9,756 nt of DNA from a virus. Taxonomy: Duplodnaviria; Heunggongvirae; Uroviricota; Caudoviricetes. This document shows positions 6,844 to 9,756 of this stretch, in pieces. The stretch is taken from positions 1-9,756 of IMG/VR virus record IMGVR_UViG_3300029878_000054; one strand, 5' to 3'. Both the position numbers and the translations under genes were made by a program. Below the pieces are notes generated by a model, which worked only from the letters and a program-made list of their open reading frames with translations, was not told where the DNA came from and did not search any database. Position 1 is the stretch's first letter. Every line of letters begins with the position of its first letter.

Positions 6844-8223
6844 ATGTTAGTTGGACAAAAAAAGAAAAAAAACGATTCGATTTCTAAAGATTTATCACTG
6901 TCATATTTTTTGCAAGGCAGTAAAACACGCAATAAGAAATTACTCAAGCAATTAATTTCATTTTCAGACCACAGTTCATGGGCTAAAGACAATTTATCAA
7001 GACTTAATACTAAATTTCAATTTGAAATAGAAAACTCACCAGTATATAAAATAAATTCTATTATAAAAAACAATGATATTGGTGACAAAGGACTTTTTGG
7101 AGCTATTGAATACTTTTTTGATACGTTGAATGATAGAATTAAAAACAATAAACTCCCTAGATATATTGAACGTGATTTAGATTCTTTAGGTATTTCACTT
7201 GTGGATATACTCAATCATGGGATAGATTACGATGAAGATTTTATTATTAGCATTATTTTTAACAAAGAAAGATCATTAAATTTCCTCGCAACCTTTTCAT
7301 ATCACAAAATAATTTACTTGATGCTTTTGCCTGCAATAACATGGCATTTACTCAAGACATCAAAAATCCCTAAAGACATATGTGAGACTGTTTATTTATT
7401 TTGCTTGTGTCGCGCGTATCTTGAAGAAAAAGATCCAGCAAAAACTATATTAGAGACTTTAGATGAATTTAACGTTAATGTTAAATTTCAGTCAAAAATA
7501 GAAATGTTATCTGAACATATCTCCGACATTATAGGTAATATAGCTGATATATTAGAAAACACAGCAAGAGACCCAGTTGATAGTTTATCTTTCACAGTTG
7601 AAGAACCAAAGCAGATTATGGAGTTAATAAGATTAGTTGATAGGTTACCAAATGGCGTATCATCGCGATTTAAGTATGGTTGGGATTCACTTAGTTCAGG
7701 AGAGTTTGCAAAATTAAACCTTTTCAATCAACTTTATGATTCTATAGAACATAGCAACAGCAAAAATATTATAATATTATTAGATGAGTGTGATTTATAT
7801 CTACACCCTGAATGGCAACGAGTTATTTTTTCAGAAATTATAGATTTAACATTAAGATATAAACAAAGTAAAAATATTCAATTAGTATTTACAACTCACT
7901 CCCCTATACTCGCAAGTGATTTTTTGCCATCAGATATAATATATCTTGAAAGAGATCATAATCAAGGAACCTATACTAAGAAAGTAGAGTTTGGTTTCGG
8001 AGCAACCATATCAGAATTATATATAAATGGTTTTTTTATTGATGCTACAATAGGACAGCACGCACATAATTATCTAAACTCAATAATAAAAAACTCAGAT
8101 GACGGTAATTTAAATAAACATCAAAAAACCATACTATCACAAATTAAAAATAAACTTCTCATAAATCTTATTGATCTGAAGTTAAACAAAAACAATGATA
8201 AAACAGATTCTTTTGAGAAATGA
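6844..8223 (+). CDS. C-terminal portion of the same ABC/AAA15-type ATPase (signature, Walker B and H-loop motifs); a fused model 6437..8223 gives ~595 aa if one T is added to the T6 run at 6784-6789
   Basis: LSSGE signature-like motif, Walker B IIILLDECDLYLHP and H-loop VFTTHSP; no Walker A. The frame is open upstream to 6781 with no ATG before 6844. Confidence 0.7.
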   Translation: MLVGQKKKKNDSISKDLSLSYFLQGSKTRNKKLLKQLISFSDHSSWAKDNLSRLNTKFQFEIENSPVYKINSIIKNNDIGDKGLFGAIEYFFDTLNDRIKNNKLPRYIERDLDSLGISLVDILNHGIDYDEDFIISIIFNKERSLNFLATFSYHKIIYLMLLPAITWHLLKTSKIPKDICETVYLFCLCRAYLEEKDPAKTILETLDEFNVNVKFQSKIEMLSEHISDIIGNIADILENTARDPVDSLSFTVEEPKQIMELIRLVDRLPNGVSSRFKYGWDSLSSGEFAKLNLFNQLYDSIEHSNSKNIIILLDECDLYLHPEWQRVIFSEIIDLTLRYKQSKNIQLVFTTHSPILASDFLPSDIIYLERDHNQGTYTKKVEFGFGATISELYINGFFIDATIGQHAHNYLNSIIKNSDDGNLNKHQKTILSQIKNKLLINLIDLKLNKNNDKTDSFEK

Positions 8224-8741
8224 GTAAAAAAATGATAAAAATAAACAAAGACTTCAATGTTGATGTAAAAATATCCTTTTCTAAAATAGTAAGCAAAGTT
8301 AATAAACGCGTGAAGCAGAGGAAGTTACTGAACATTACTCCCGATGAAGTAGAGTTTCTAAATACAATCAACAAAAAAACTATCAGAAAATTAGTTTTTT
8401 CAAAACCCAAACGATTAAAAAATATAATCATCAAAATATACAACAAACACCCAATTGTGTGTGAGTACTATTCTCCTGATTATTTTTTAAGGCACTTAAA
8501 TTTACAACCATTAACAAACCTACAATTACCTTTAAAAACAAAAGAAAACAAAAAAATAGTTTATAATGAACTAGCACATGCCATCAAAATAATCACATCT
8601 TTCTCTCAAACTACACAAAGCCTAATACTTGAGGATATATTAAATACACATTTCTCACCACAAAAATTATCTAGTTTAAGAGATAAGATTCTTAATCTTA
8701 TAAGTATCAAGAATGGTGGTCCTAAAGGAAAATACCATTAA
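8220..8741 (+). CDS. Hypothetical lysine-rich basic protein, 173 aa, unknown function
   Basis: ORF whose ATG overlaps the stop of the ATPase ORF (ATGA); no recognisable catalytic motif. An alternative start at 8232 (MIKINK) is possible. Same extreme AT-richness as its neighbours. Confidence 0.5.
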   Translation: MSKKMIKINKDFNVDVKISFSKIVSKVNKRVKQRKLLNITPDEVEFLNTINKKTIRKLVFSKPKRLKNIIIKIYNKHPIVCEYYSPDYFLRHLNLQPLTNLQLPLKTKENKKIVYNELAHAIKIITSFSQTTQSLILEDILNTHFSPQKLSSLRDKILNLISIKNGGPKGKYH

Positions 8742-9423
8742 GTTATTTCCATCATGGGTTAAAAATATTTCTGAAATATTTAAATACTCACTTATTGATA
8801 GAGAAACAGCGTATCAATTGAACAGTTTTTTAGACATTAGCATATGCCCATATTGCAACAGTGAAGAAATTGAACAAGTAGAAGACCATACAGGTACTAG
8901 CTACAGGCCAGCATTTGATCATTTCATACCTAAGTACAAATATCCGTTGATCTCCTTTAGTTTATTTAACTTAATTCCTAGCTGCACTAAATGCAATAGT
9001 ACTTATAAAAAATCACTCGATCCGATCATGAGCCCATTTTCAAATCCTTTTCTTGAAGGTGTAAATGACACTCAGCTTTTTGATTTTAATTATGACATTG
9101 ATTATATATATAGAGATGGCCAAATTGATGATGATCACATTCAAATTATACTAAAAAAACAAAAAAACAACATCGATGAAAACATGGCTAAACTTAGCAT
9201 AGAGAATAGATATAATTCACGCATTAGAAAGAAAGCAGTTAGATTAATTGCAAAGAGAGCATTTGATCTAAAAGCTTATGAAGAAAATTTCATTATAGAA
9301 CCAACTCTTTTCGCTACTTTCGGTTACGAGACTAACATTGAGCCGCTAAAGCATATGCATAAAAAACTTACTCAAGATGCAATATTAGTATTCTGCAACA
9401 AACAAGTACCGTTAATTGAATAA
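8713..9423 (+). CDS. HNH (His-Me finger) endonuclease-domain protein, 236 aa
   Basis: CPYC ... (22 aa) ... DHFIP ... NLIPS ... CTKCN, i.e. the CxxC / DH / N / CxxC arrangement typical of HNH nucleases, in the N-terminal half. The start overlaps the preceding ORF by 29 nt. Confidence 0.7.
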   Translation: MVVLKENTIKLFPSWVKNISEIFKYSLIDRETAYQLNSFLDISICPYCNSEEIEQVEDHTGTSYRPAFDHFIPKYKYPLISFSLFNLIPSCTKCNSTYKKSLDPIMSPFSNPFLEGVNDTQLFDFNYDIDYIYRDGQIDDDHIQIILKKQKNNIDENMAKLSIENRYNSRIRKKAVRLIAKRAFDLKAYEENFIIEPTLFATFGYETNIEPLKHMHKKLTQDAILVFCNKQVPLIE

Positions 9424-9680
9424 GTAAAATGAAAGGATATCGAGCTATATAATGTAGTATGTCGAAAAATCAAACAGAAAAAAATCGAATAGTTACACTG
9501 TGCTCGGTGCTGTCTTCATGCTCCGTTCCTCTCGTAGGCTAGTAAAATTCGCGTCATCACCGGGCTTGGGGGCCATCATCGAAAATCTGATTGGTGCTTT
9601 TGTGCCAAGAGATTTCCTCTTCGGTTACCAATCGGTAGTGAATCGTTCGCTAGATATTGCTGACATCGACCAGATCGCCC

Positions 9681-9756
9681 TGATCTTACCCAGCAATAGT
9701 GGACACGCGGCTAAGTGAGTAAACTCTCAGTCAGAGGTGACTCACATGACAAAAAC
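9681..9756 (+). mobile_element. Left end of an IS3-type insertion sequence (terminal inverted repeat starting TGATCTTACCCAGCAATAGTGGACACGCGG), continuing off the right edge
   Basis: The sequence from 9681 matches what I recall as the IS3 left end, including the GAGGTGA SD and the ATG at 9736 that begins orfA (MTK...). Confidence 0.75.
9736..9756 (+). CDS. insE: IS3 OrfA (transposase N-terminal subunit), first 7 codons only (partial at window edge)
   Basis: ATG ACA AAA AC... preceded by GAGGTGA 8 nt upstream, consistent with the IS3 orfA start MTKTVS... Confidence 0.6.

Noticed and set aside
6714-8446. Minus-strand ORFs 6714-6992, 7017-7214, 7488-7727 and 8168-8446
   Set aside because: AT-rich DNA throws up long spurious frames; these are antisense to the motif-bearing ATPase ORFs and are Phe/Ile/Leu-rich low-complexity translations.
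6076-9591. Shared 8-mer ATCTGATT near both composition boundaries of the island (6076-6083 and 9584-9591), considered as target-site duplication or att-like repeats
   Set aside because: An 8-bp match near two loosely defined boundaries is within chance expectation, and the boundaries are known only to within about 20 bp.
9500-9718. 72-aa plus-strand ORF
   Set aside because: It reads across the IS3 terminal repeat at 9681, so it cannot be a native intact gene; at most its 5' part is a remnant of a disrupted gene.
5915-9756. Retron-Septu hypothesis (ncRNA plus reverse transcriptase next to the ATPase/HNH pair)
   Set aside because: No reverse-transcriptase-like ORF lies between 5915 and 9680, and the gene starting at 9736 is IS3 orfA; the non-coding stretches were not convincingly msr/msd-like. 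An RT outside the window cannot be excluded.
1-9756. Search for tRNA genes, CRISPR arrays or other tandem repeat arrays
   Set aside because: No cloverleaf-like conserved tRNA features and no regularly spaced direct repeats were seen. The only repetitive coding DNA is the Ala-rich tail-fibre-like segment at 161-390.

Overview
The window looks like the late/nin segment of a DLP12-like defective lambdoid prophage of Escherichia coli, in the opposite orientation to the K-12 map as I recall it. All calls rest on reading the sequence and on remembered protein families; no database search was run. From left to right: an internal IS1 fragment (1-160) fused to a short tail-fibre-like remnant; the bor lipoprotein gene (+); a phage-21-type lysis cassette on the minus strand (Rz with embedded Rz1, SAR endolysin, dual-start pinholin); an apparently intact NmpC/OmpD-type porin gene (+); a hairpin-rich late-control region; then a minus-strand chain of quuD, a ylcG-like small ORF, rusA, ybcO, ninE, ybcN (NinB-like) and a ylcH-like small ORF. 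Upstream of that chain sits a strongly AT-rich ~3.4 kb plus-strand cargo island (about 6085-9480). It encodes an ABC/AAA15-type ATPase split into two ORFs at a T6 tract, a lysine-rich 173-aa protein of unknown function, and an HNH nuclease. This is the most interesting feature: a Septu-like (ATPase + HNH) candidate anti-phage system with a non-canonical extra gene and a frameshifted ATPase. The window ends in the left end of an IS3 element (from 9681; orfA starts at 9736).
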